Below are positions 15,865 to 24,163 of a stretch of DNA of 24,163 bases, piece after piece (position 1 is the first letter of the stretch; every line of letters begins with the position of its first letter). Source of the DNA: a virus. Taxonomy: Duplodnaviria; Caudoviricetes. The notes under the pieces were generated by a model. The model saw only the letters and a program-made list of their open reading frames with translations. It ran no database searches and was not told where the DNA came from. The position numbers and the translations under genes were made by a program. The stretch spans positions 1-24,163 of IMG/VR virus record IMGVR_UViG_3300028587_000041; one strand, written 5' to 3'.

Positions 15865-18312
15865 ATGGCCGGTACAGTCCTCGGGTTCATGAAGTTCATC
15901 CTGGGCTTCGATACAGTCGCATTCAAGAAGGGCATGACGGAGTCTGAAAAAGACCTCGTCAGAATGCAGAAGAACTTCCAGAAGGTCGGCGATGGAATGA
16001 CCGACATGGGTAAGTCCATGTCGCTCGCCATCACCGCCCCTCTGCTGGGCATCGGCGCGATCGGGATAAAGACCGCGGCCAACTTCGAGACCGCCATGAA
16101 CTCGGTGGCTATCTCGACCCAGGCCACGGGCGAGACCTTCAACAACCTGCGTGAGCTCGCCCTCAGTATCGGCAAAGAGACGACGAAGAGCGCCAGCGAG
16201 GCAGCCGATGCAATCGACATGCTGGCCAAGGCCGGCCTCAACTCTGAGCAGATCCTAAACGGTGCCGCCAGGGCCGCGGTCGCCTTGGCCGAGGCTGCTG
16301 GGTCCGAGCTCGATCCTGCCGCGGCGGCCATCACCGACACGCTGACCTTGTTCAAGAAGTCCACGGCGGACCTCCCGAACGTCATTGATAATATCACGGG
16401 TGCGGTCAACCAGTCTAAGTTCAACTTTGCCGACTTCCAGCTGGGCATGTCCCAGGCAGGTGGCGTCGCCGCATCTTCCGGTGTCGAGTTCGAGGACTTC
16501 ACCGCCGCCCTGGCCGCGACCGCCTCCCAGTTCGCCAGTGGTTCGGACGCCGGCACCAGCTTCAAGACCTTCCTGATGCGGCTCGAACCGCAGACCAAGA
16601 AGCAGGCCGCCGCGTTCAAGGATCTTGGCCTTAGCTTCTACGACGCCAACGGCCAGATGAAGTCGATGGCCGAAGTGGCTCAGATGCTGCAGGACAAGTT
16701 CCAGGGCATGTCTGAGCAAGACCGCACGGCGATCTTCAAGGAGCTGTTTGGCACCGACGCCATCCGCACGGCGATCGGCTTGATGGAACAGGGCGCGGCG
16801 GGTATCGAGAAGATGCAGGCGAAGATCGCCGCCACCGACGCCAGCGCCCAGGCCGCACAGCGCATGAAGGGCCTCAATGCCGAGATGGAGAAGCTCGGCG
16901 GGGCGTTGGAGACCTTGGCGATCAAAGTCGCTGACAGCGGGCTCCTGGGCTCGATTACGGGCCTGGTCACGAAGCTTGGCGAGTTCGTCGACTGGCTTGG
17001 CTCCCTGAACCCCGCCGTCCTCAAGTGGGGCGTGGGTATTGCCGCGGTCGCCGCCGCCCTGGGGCCTGTCCTTATCGTCCTTGGATCGGTCGTCTCGGCC
17101 GTGGCCAAGATGGGTCCTTTGGTCACTGGCCTCACGACCGCCTTCACCGTGTTGACCAGCGGCTTGAAATATCTCCTGCCCGTGATTGGCGCCGTCGGCA
17201 AAGCCTTGTTGGGCCTCCTCGGCAACCCTATCATCCTCGCCGCGGCAGTCGTCATTGGCGGCATCTACCTGGCATGGAAGAACTGGGATAAGATCGCTCC
17301 GATTGTGACCAACATGGTCAACGGGGTAAAGAATGCCCTGGCGCCTTTGACTGGCTATCTGAAGCGGGTCGAGAACGAAGTCCTCCAGGTTCGGCAGGCC
17401 TTCTTCGACATGTGGGACAAGGTGACTCGCCGTTCCTACGTCCCTGACATGGTGGACGATATCGCGGCGCAGTTCGCCCGCCTCGATGCGGTCATGGTCC
17501 AGCCGGCCAAGAAGGGCACAGACGCGGTCAAGCAGTCGTTCGAGAGTACTCGATCGGCGGTGCAGTCCTTGATGAAGCAGCTGTTCCCCGAGGCCGAACG
17601 GTGGAACACCTACCAGGCGAACCTGAAGCTTATCACAGAGCAGATGAAGAAGCTCGGCTATACCGCCGACCAGACCGCGGAGGCTTTGCGCCGCCTCAAC
17701 GAGCAGTGGGCCAAGGACAACGGCATCACCGACGAGCCGCTGTCCTTCCCCAGCGACGTCGAAGTGGAATTACCACCCCTCAAGGACGTCATCGTCGACT
17801 TCGGGATGAAGACGGACGAGACCACTGCCCGCGTCATCGACGCATTCGGCGAGATGGCGGCCAGCACGATCGGCTCGATCGCGGATATGCGCGACGCCTT
17901 CAAGTCGGGCGACGTCCTCAGCGGCATCCAGATCTTCCTCGATATGGTCCTGAATGTCTTGTCCGCCCTGGGTCAGATGGGGATGATCAAGCTCCCAGGC
18001 ATGACTACCCCACCGTATGGCGGCGCCCGAGCTCGTGGCGGGCCGGTGGTCCCAGGGAAGAGCTACCTGGTCGGAGAAAACGGTCCAGAGTTCATCACGC
18101 CTCGACGCAGCGGCTACGTTCATCCGAATGGATCGGGCTTGGCGCCTCAAAAGGTCATGATCGTCCCCTCACCCTATTTTGACGCAGTGGTGGACAACCG
18201 AGCGGCTAACGTGGCAGCACCATTGGCTGGTCGGGCGGCGGTCGTCGGAGTCACAGGTTCTGAAGCCCGCATGTCCCGCCGTTCGAGGCGCAACCTGTTG
18301 GGGGCATCATGA
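15865..18312 (+). CDS. Tape measure protein (TP901-type core)
   Basis: ITAPLLG..AANFETAM, SASEAADA..LAKAG, GSDAGTSFKT, LFGTDAIR, hydrophobic mid-section, C-terminal RARGGPV..YLVGENGPE. Confidence 0.95.
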   Translation: MAGTVLGFMKFILGFDTVAFKKGMTESEKDLVRMQKNFQKVGDGMTDMGKSMSLAITAPLLGIGAIGIKTAANFETAMNSVAISTQATGETFNNLRELALSIGKETTKSASEAADAIDMLAKAGLNSEQILNGAARAAVALAEAAGSELDPAAAAITDTLTLFKKSTADLPNVIDNITGAVNQSKFNFADFQLGMSQAGGVAASSGVEFEDFTAALAATASQFASGSDAGTSFKTFLMRLEPQTKKQAAAFKDLGLSFYDANGQMKSMAEVAQMLQDKFQGMSEQDRTAIFKELFGTDAIRTAIGLMEQGAAGIEKMQAKIAATDASAQAAQRMKGLNAEMEKLGGALETLAIKVADSGLLGSITGLVTKLGEFVDWLGSLNPAVLKWGVGIAAVAAALGPVLIVLGSVVSAVAKMGPLVTGLTTAFTVLTSGLKYLLPVIGAVGKALLGLLGNPIILAAAVVIGGIYLAWKNWDKIAPIVTNMVNGVKNALAPLTGYLKRVENEVLQVRQAFFDMWDKVTRRSYVPDMVDDIAAQFARLDAVMVQPAKKGTDAVKQSFESTRSAVQSLMKQLFPEAERWNTYQANLKLITEQMKKLGYTADQTAEALRRLNEQWAKDNGITDEPLSFPSDVEVELPPLKDVIVDFGMKTDETTARVIDAFGEMAASTIGSIADMRDAFKSGDVLSGIQIFLDMVLNVLSALGQMGMIKLPGMTTPPYGGARARGGPVVPGKSYLVGENGPEFITPRRSGYVHPNGSGLAPQKVMIVPSPYFDAVVDNRAANVAAPLAGRAAVVGVTGSEARMSRRSRRNLLGAS

Positions 18313-18902
18313 TCGACGTTCCGAGCACTCCCTCTCCGGCTTCCGCCACTCCAGGCCTGATCGACTTCGGCGGATTTCTCACGCCGGCCCTGGGCGGACC
18401 CGTCCAGCGCGTCGAGCGGATGGGCACAAGGTTCTCGCTGTCAGTAGTCATGCCGCCGATGATCAATACTTCTACCGGCCGGATCTGGATTGCTCGGTTG
18501 ATCCGCGGCAAGCAGGAAGGCATCCGCATGCCCTGGCCGCTCCAGGGCTTTGACCCTGGGTCGCCTGGCAATCCGTTGGTCAACGGGGCTGGCCAATCAG
18601 GGCGGACCCTGATCGCCGACGGGTTCACTCCGAACTATATTGCCAGGGAAGGCCAGTTCTTCTCGATCGAGGTGGCGGGCCAGCATTACATGCACATGGT
18701 GGCCGGCGAGAGCTTGGCCAATGCTTCCGGCCAGATGACACTCTCGATCGAGCCGATGCTTCGTGTGGCGCCGACTGACAATGCGGTTCTCCATTTCGGT
18801 CAGCCCATGATCGAGGGCTTCGTCATGGGCGACCAGCTCCAGTGGGAGATGGCCCTGGCCAATTTCGTCGGGCTCAGCTTTGACGTGGTGGAGATCGAAT
18901 GA
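18309..18902 (+). CDS. Distal tail (Dit-like) protein
   Basis: First gene after tape measure; GGPVQRVERMGTRF, VNGAGQSG, IEPMLR. Confidence 0.7.
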   Translation: MIDVPSTPSPASATPGLIDFGGFLTPALGGPVQRVERMGTRFSLSVVMPPMINTSTGRIWIARLIRGKQEGIRMPWPLQGFDPGSPGNPLVNGAGQSGRTLIADGFTPNYIAREGQFFSIEVAGQHYMHMVAGESLANASGQMTLSIEPMLRVAPTDNAVLHFGQPMIEGFVMGDQLQWEMALANFVGLSFDVVEIE

Positions 18903-19516
18903 GCGCGGCTGACAAAGTCATCCTCCTCGCCGGCCTTATCGAGATCGAGCTGGCAGGTCGGACTGTCCGCCTCTGCGATGGCGGCTTTGTGAACTGGCCG
19001 GCCCGTGGTCTCTTCACCTCCCAGGATATTGAGCTTGGGACCATCCAAAGCCTCGAGGCGGTCAACGAGGCCGTGAGCGATGAAGCTCCGGGCGGGCGGC
19101 TTACCCTCCTGCCACCCTCGACGGTTGCTGCCGCCGACCTCTACCAGTCCGACGCCCAGGGCAATCCTGTCCGCTTCTGGCTAGCGGAGGTCGATCGAGA
19201 CACGGGCCTCTTGCTCGCCGACCCTGAGCTCCTGTTCCTCGGCATGATCGACTTCATGACCCTGCGTGTGAACAAGGGCAGCCGAATGATCGAGCTCGAG
19301 TTCGTTGCCGCGGCGGAACGACTCTTCTTCGTCCGTGAGGGCAATGTCTTGTCGACCCGCTTCCACCAGCTGGCGTGGCCAGGCGAGAAAGGCTTCGACC
19401 ATGCCACCGGCGCCCAGGCCGTCGTCCCCTGGGGCATTCCTGGTCAGGGCCGCGGAACGGTGACCTCGGGCGGAACGATCGGACATAACATTGGCTCAGG
19501 GGCTAACGTCGTATGA
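18899..19516 (+). CDS. Minor tail/hub protein
   Basis: Synteny; VRLCDGG, PELLFLGMID, HQLAWPGEKGF. Confidence 0.65.
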   Translation: MSAADKVILLAGLIEIELAGRTVRLCDGGFVNWPARGLFTSQDIELGTIQSLEAVNEAVSDEAPGGRLTLLPPSTVAAADLYQSDAQGNPVRFWLAEVDRDTGLLLADPELLFLGMIDFMTLRVNKGSRMIELEFVAAAERLFFVREGNVLSTRFHQLAWPGEKGFDHATGAQAVVPWGIPGQGRGTVTSGGTIGHNIGSGANVV

Positions 19517-19959
19517 GCCAGAAGCGCGTCCCTGACCTGATCCGCCGAGAGCGAGCCCTTCAGGCGGTGAAGGAGAAGTTCAGCCTCAAGTCTCTGGATC
19601 TCGGCAAGCGGGACTGCCTTTTGCTGATCCGCTTCCATCTGGTCAAGATGGGTCATCAACGCTTGCCGAAGCCGCCAAAATACTCGACGCTCCTCGGAGC
19701 GAAAAAGGCCCTGGCAGGACAAGGCGTTGAGAACCTGGAGCAGCTCCTCGACAAGCATCTTACTCGGATCACTCCCGCCGCGATGCTCCCTGGAGATGTC
19801 GCCCTTATCGCCTCCGAGGCGGGGGCGCCGGCGGCCGAGCTCGGAACGCTCGTCATCTCGGTCGGTCGGAAGTTCCTGGGGTGGCATCCTGACCACCCGC
19901 TGTTCGCTGTCCTCGAGCCCACCATTGAGTCGCCGTTCCTGGCGGCATGGAGGGCTTGA
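19513..19959 (+). CDS. NlpC/P60-like tail-associated protein (lambda gpK position)
   Basis: GKRDC putative catalytic Cys motif and PGDVAL; the canonical catalytic His is not evident. Confidence 0.7.
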   Translation: MSQKRVPDLIRRERALQAVKEKFSLKSLDLGKRDCLLLIRFHLVKMGHQRLPKPPKYSTLLGAKKALAGQGVENLEQLLDKHLTRITPAAMLPGDVALIASEAGAPAAELGTLVISVGRKFLGWHPDHPLFAVLEPTIESPFLAAWRA

Positions 19960-22193
19960 TGAGTAAGGTCGCAGGCTTCGTCTCCAAGGTGGCCGCGGTG
20001 GTAGCAACTGCCGCCGCGATCGCCGCCCTCTTCGTCCCGGGTTTCCAGATCCTCGGCGTCGGTCTCCTGACCATCGCCTCGGCAGCTTCCGCGGTGTCGG
20101 CCGTGGCAGGAGCAGTTGCGTATGCAACGCAGAAAAAGCCTGAGATGCAAGGCTCCCTTAGCCAAGTTGTCATTGGACGCAACCTCCCCATTCCCTGCAT
20201 CCTCGGGCGGACCTATGCCGGTGGCTTCCAGATCTACGACAAGTCGGCGCCTCCTGCGGACAACAAGAACCGCACTCAGATCATGGTGGTGTCTGTAGGA
20301 CCCATCGAAGGCTTTGACGATCTCTACGGCGACTACACGGCCATCAACTTCAGTCTTTCGACCGCCAACAAGATCGAGGGCGTGGCCAGCGGGTTCTATG
20401 GCGCCGACGGCGGTTACCTTTGGGCCAACTCCCGCTTAGGTGCTCGACCCGATACGGCCCTCACCCCGTTCGCCGGCCGACCTGCCTGGAACCAGTGGGA
20501 CAGCACTTATAAGCTCAGCGGCTTCGCAGCCTACTCGGTCACGATGGAGTTCGACGAGGAAGGCGTCCGATATTCGGCGGGCATTCCTCAGTGGGGCGTG
20601 GTCGCCCGCGGTCCTGCAGTCTACGATCCCCGAGCTGACAGCACCTACCCTGGCGGTTCGGGAGCCCAGCGCTGGGATAACGAAACCACTTGGGGATTTG
20701 GCGGCATCTACAACGCCGCCCTCCAGGCGCTCACCTACGCCCGCGGCCGGTTCGTCGGAGACGTCAAGGTCTTCGGCTGTGGGCTGGAGTTCGACGACAT
20801 CCTCGTCGACCAGTTCGTCGAGCTCGCTAATATCTGCGAAGCCAACAGCTGGGAGATTGGCGGCCAGATCTACGAAGGCCCAGGGACGAGCAAGTGGGAC
20901 AACCTTAAAAAGATCCTGCAGGCTTGTGCCGCGGAGCCAGTGTGGTGCGGAGGCAAGCTCGGCGTGAAGATGAGCGCGCCCAGGACTTCCTTGGTGACGA
21001 TCACCGAGGCCGACCTCACCGACGGCGAAGTGTCAGTCCAGGCCATGAAGTCCTGGCGGGACAAAGTTAACACCATCATTCCGCGGGTTCGCCTCGAGGA
21101 CCAACGGTGGGAGTATACCCAGATCGAGGAGGTGACCTCGACGACCTATGTCACCGAGGACGGCGAAGAGAAGTCCAAAGAGATGCAGTATGACTTGGTT
21201 CAGGACGTGACCCAGGGCGCGCAGCTCGCTGCCTATGACCTCGTGAATAGCCGAGAGCTCGGCCCGATCGTCATCGGCTGCAAACCACACCTCAATGTCT
21301 TCCGTGTCGGAGAGGCGGTCGATCTTGACCTGCCCGAGGCCGGCCTCGAAAACCAGCTGGCGATCATCACCGGCCGGCAGATCGACCCAACGACTGGGGC
21401 AGTCACTTTCACCCTGGAGAGCGAGACCACGGCCAAGCACGCCTTTGCCCTGGGCGCGACCAGCACGGCGCCGCCAACCCCAACTTTGGTCCCGCCCGAG
21501 GATCTTGACGACGTGGTAAGCGGCGACTCGCAAGTCCCGGCTGATCCGACCTCTATCACCTTGGTCGAGTGGACGAACCGCTTGGTCATGAAGACCGATC
21601 CGATCCCTGGGGCCAAGGAATATCGTTGGCAGATCTACCTGTCCGACGGGACGACGCTTAAGCGGACCATCACCACTCCTGTCCCCCAAATGGAGTATTC
21701 CTCCGCCCTGGCTCATGCGGATGGGATAAGCAGGTCTTACAAGGTTCGAGTGGCGGGCAGCAATGACAACGGGTTCAGCGCCACTCCGTTGATGAGCGCG
21801 ACCCAGACCAAGACAGCTCCGGCCGCGCCGACCAGCGTGGCCTTCGCCGACGGGACAAGCACCTCGACAGTCACTTTCACCGGCTCGGGCGGAAGCACGG
21901 TCGGGTATGTTCTGGCCTGGTCGACGACGAGCGGTTTCAATCCGATGACCCAGGGCTCGCTCTCTTACGCCCTAAGCTCCCCCGCCTACACTCCACAGAT
22001 CCCTGCCGCCACCTATTATGGCAAGCTCGGGGCTTACGATCTCTGGACCTCCCAGCCTGACATGATCAACTTCAGTGCCGAAGACTCGTTCGTCATCACA
22101 CCAGGAAGCGGTGGCGATCCTGGTGGTGGCGATGGAGGCGGCGGCTACGAAGGCGGCGGTGGCGGCGGGGGCGGAGGTATGAATGAGTTCTAG
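19959..22193 (+). CDS. Tail tip / host-specificity protein (gpJ-like) with FN3-like C-terminal domains
   Basis: Hydrophobic N-terminus, PIPCILGRT, VYDPRADSTYPGGSG, NAALQALTY, ANICEANSW; FN3-like YRWQIY..YKVRVAGSN; TGATG overlap at the start. Confidence 0.88.
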   Translation: MSKVAGFVSKVAAVVATAAAIAALFVPGFQILGVGLLTIASAASAVSAVAGAVAYATQKKPEMQGSLSQVVIGRNLPIPCILGRTYAGGFQIYDKSAPPADNKNRTQIMVVSVGPIEGFDDLYGDYTAINFSLSTANKIEGVASGFYGADGGYLWANSRLGARPDTALTPFAGRPAWNQWDSTYKLSGFAAYSVTMEFDEEGVRYSAGIPQWGVVARGPAVYDPRADSTYPGGSGAQRWDNETTWGFGGIYNAALQALTYARGRFVGDVKVFGCGLEFDDILVDQFVELANICEANSWEIGGQIYEGPGTSKWDNLKKILQACAAEPVWCGGKLGVKMSAPRTSLVTITEADLTDGEVSVQAMKSWRDKVNTIIPRVRLEDQRWEYTQIEEVTSTTYVTEDGEEKSKEMQYDLVQDVTQGAQLAAYDLVNSRELGPIVIGCKPHLNVFRVGEAVDLDLPEAGLENQLAIITGRQIDPTTGAVTFTLESETTAKHAFALGATSTAPPTPTLVPPEDLDDVVSGDSQVPADPTSITLVEWTNRLVMKTDPIPGAKEYRWQIYLSDGTTLKRTITTPVPQMEYSSALAHADGISRSYKVRVAGSNDNGFSATPLMSATQTKTAPAAPTSVAFADGTSTSTVTFTGSGGSTVGYVLAWSTTSGFNPMTQGSLSYALSSPAYTPQIPAATYYGKLGAYDLWTSQPDMINFSAEDSFVITPGSGGDPGGGDGGGGYEGGGGGGGGGMNEF

Positions 22194-22247
22194 CTGGATG
22201 GCCGGCAGGGGCTAGATTGGATATAGGACTCAAGGAGGAACCGCAGA

Positions 22248-22730
22248 ATGATAAGCCCAGGCCGACTCGATATCTCCGCCGATCGGTGGGTGGCGTGTAT
22301 CCGGGAGCTCGCTTTCTTTGGCGTCGACTTCACGGCCGCCGACTTCACCGCCCAGGTCCGCCAAACCCCGGACGCCGCTGGCTCTCCGCTCGTCAGCTTG
22401 ACGACGCAGGTCTCTTCCGCTGCTGAAGGGATTTACCTTTCCTATGCGGGGAGCGACACGATCAACAACCACATCACCGCCGGCCGGTTGGCCGAAGTCC
22501 CCGATGCGGTCAACCCTGACACCAATCTCCCCTTCACTGGCACGGACGTGGTGGAGCTGAGCCTGGTAAGGCTTCGGATAAACGAAACCACCATGGAAGC
22601 TCTCCCCCTGCCTGGTGAACGCGGGAACGACCTCGAATATGCCTGGGACCTTCACGTCACGCCGAGTGGAGGTATCAAGGACAAGTATCTGGGCGGCAAG
22701 TTCACGATCCGAGCAGGAGTGACCCAGTGA
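22248..22730 (+). CDS. Fibre adaptor / BppU-N-like tail protein
   Basis: AAGGAGG SD; [35 protein letters not shown]. Confidence 0.7.
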   Translation: MISPGRLDISADRWVACIRELAFFGVDFTAADFTAQVRQTPDAAGSPLVSLTTQVSSAAEGIYLSYAGSDTINNHITAGRLAEVPDAVNPDTNLPFTGTDVVELSLVRLRINETTMEALPLPGERGNDLEYAWDLHVTPSGGIKDKYLGGKFTIRAGVTQ

Positions 22731-24163
22731 CGAATGTCATAGTCAAGACCGAGACCCAGGCGGTCGTCACCGTCGACAATGGCCAATCCATTCCCGTCTT
22801 CGTCTACGGCGCCGGCGGTAGTGGGGGTGGAAGCTCAGTCTCAGACGATCTCTACGGAGCCGGATGGAATGGCGTCACCACCATCGCCCCGTCCAAGAAC
22901 GCGGTCTATGACAAGATAAACAGCATGGTCACCCTGACCGATGGGGATAAGGGCGATGTGGTCATCGGTGGCACTGGCACCACCATGACGGTCGAGAGCG
23001 CGACACCAAGCGACGGTATCTTCAACATCAATGGCGAGACCCACGCCGACGAAGGCCTTACCATTTTCGGTCCTGGGGTTCTGGTCAATGGGGTTGGCCA
23101 GCTGGCACTGGGCTACACAAGCGACGCAATCGGCGCTTATATTTATGCCATCGTCCCTGGCAACAATTATGTCCCGTTCGGGATTGGGGCGACCTATTTC
23201 AATTTGAGTGACGCCAGCGGGAACTTCGGCCAGCTCTCCCGCTTCGGCTCAACTCTTGTCTCCTCGCTTGCTGTCAGCTACAACCTGATTTCTGGCCAAG
23301 CGATCTATTCCCGCAGCCCAGATACTCCCGGCGATTATGTCTTCAAGATGGACTGGCAGACGGGCATGCACTTGCGGCAAGGTGCAGGTCCCGACAAGTT
23401 CTCGGTGGATCTGACGGGCGCGGTTATTGCGGCCAGTGTCACGGTCGCGGAAGAAGCCTATGGCGCCGGATGGGACGGCGACCTTTCGGTGCCAACCAAG
23501 AACGCGGTCTACGACAAGATCGAGGCATTGGTCCTGGGTGGTGGCAGCTACACGGATGAGCAGGCCCAAGACGCCATCGGGGCAATGGTCGACACCACGC
23601 TCGCTTATGTGGACGCGACACCGGCGCTTGGTCGAGCCGCGATCACTGGGGACGTCTCAATTCCGGCCGGTTCCAATGCAGCCACCTTGGCTACGGTCAA
23701 TTCAAACACCGGCACCTTTGGCGGAGCGACGACGGTCGCCCAGATCTCCGTAAATGGCAAGGGCCTGGTCACTGGCGTCACAGCTGTGACGATTGGGAAT
23801 GCCCAGACCGCGACGGCGCTGGAAACCGCGAGGACGATCAACGGTGTTTCGTTCAACGGCACCGGCAACATCACAGTCACCGCTAACACGCCCAACGCCA
23901 TCACCTGGAACAACAGCGGCGCAGGCGCGGCCAGTGGCACGACCTTTGATGGTTCTGTGGCTAGGACGATCTCCTACAACACCATAGGCGCCCAGCCGCT
24001 TGATGCTGAGCTCACGGCGATTGCAGGTCTCACTTCTGCAGCCGATCGAGTCCCCTACTTCACCGGCAGTGGCACGGCCAGCTTGGCGATCTTCACTGCG
24101 GCCGGCCGAGCCCTGGTCGACGATGCCGATGCCTCGGCCCAGCGAACGACCCTTGGCCTAGGC
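22727..24163 (+). CDS. Tail fibre protein, truncated by window end (not in ORF track)
   Basis: GTG 22727 overlaps the previous stop; open for 479 codons to the edge; fibre modules [65 protein letters not shown]. Confidence 0.88.
   Translation, partial: MTNVIVKTETQAVVTVDNGQSIPVFVYGAGGSGGGSSVSDDLYGAGWNGVTTIAPSKNAVYDKINSMVTLTDGDKGDVVIGGTGTTMTVESATPSDGIFNINGETHADEGLTIFGPGVLVNGVGQLALGYTSDAIGAYIYAIVPGNNYVPFGIGATYFNLSDASGNFGQLSRFGSTLVSSLAVSYNLISGQAIYSRSPDTPGDYVFKMDWQTGMHLRQGAGPDKFSVDLTGAVIAASVTVAEEAYGAGWDGDLSVPTKNAVYDKIEALVLGGGSYTDEQAQDAIGAMVDTTLAYVDATPALGRAAITGDVSIPAGSNAATLATVNSNTGTFGGATTVAQISVNGKGLVTGVTAVTIGNAQTATALETARTINGVSFNGTGNITVTANTPNAITWNNSGAGAASGTTFDGSVARTISYNTIGAQPLDAELTAIAGLTSAADRVPYFTGSGTASLAIFTAAGRALVDDADASAQRTTLGLG
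22893..23520 (+). repeat. 25-bp direct repeat pair within the tail fibre gene
   Basis: CCAAGAACGCGGTCTATGACAAGAT (22893-22917) and CCAAGAACGCGGTCTACGACAAGAT (23496-23520), 24/25 identical. Confidence 0.85.

Larger units (their letters stand above)
1..24163 (+). mobile_element. Siphovirus (phage or prophage) replication and morphogenesis region
   Basis: Complete collinear terS-to-fibre module, all genes on one strand; no host housekeeping genes seen. Confidence 0.95.

Noticed and set aside
22194-22247. Promoter or terminator before the fibre genes
   Set aside because: No hairpin and no convincing -35/-10 pair; only the SD is clear.
22893-23520. Diversity-generating retroelement TR/VR pair or invertible fibre switch
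   Set aside because: Only 25 bp, direct orientation, a T/C difference rather than adenine-specific changes, and no reverse transcriptase or invertase in the window.
1-24163. Alternative genetic code, introns or inteins
   Set aside because: Core genes are intact and of normal length in the standard bacterial code, with all three stop codons used.

Overview
This window is a 24-kb, GC-rich, all-plus-strand segment of a lambdoid/HK97-type siphovirus (phage or prophage). The tail-gene styles and an accessory lipoprotein suggest an alphaproteobacterial host, possibly Sphingomonadales (inference). Gene order: small translationally coupled accessory ORFs (several membrane proteins), a DUF932/DUF945-type gene, a fused primase-PriCT2-AAA helicase, a repeat/palindrome origin candidate, HNH, candidate cos, terS, terL, portal, prohead protease, HK97-fold major capsid, connector, head-closure, tail genes with a -1 frameshifted chaperone, tape measure, distal tail, hub, NlpC/P60-like protein, tail tip, adaptor, and a tail fibre running off the right edge. 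No integrase, repressor, lysis genes, tRNA or CRISPR were seen. The most unusual elements are: (1) a head-closure protein fused to an Ig-like domain and two lectin-like repeats, coupled to a lipoprotein inside the neck operon; (2) a minus-strand terminator plus a candidate antisense -10 element that would give a ~110-nt counter-transcript over the primase-helicase leader; (3) overlapping hairpins after the capsid gene; (4) an ORF coupled at both ends across the putative origin. All family calls come from motif recognition and synteny, not database searches.
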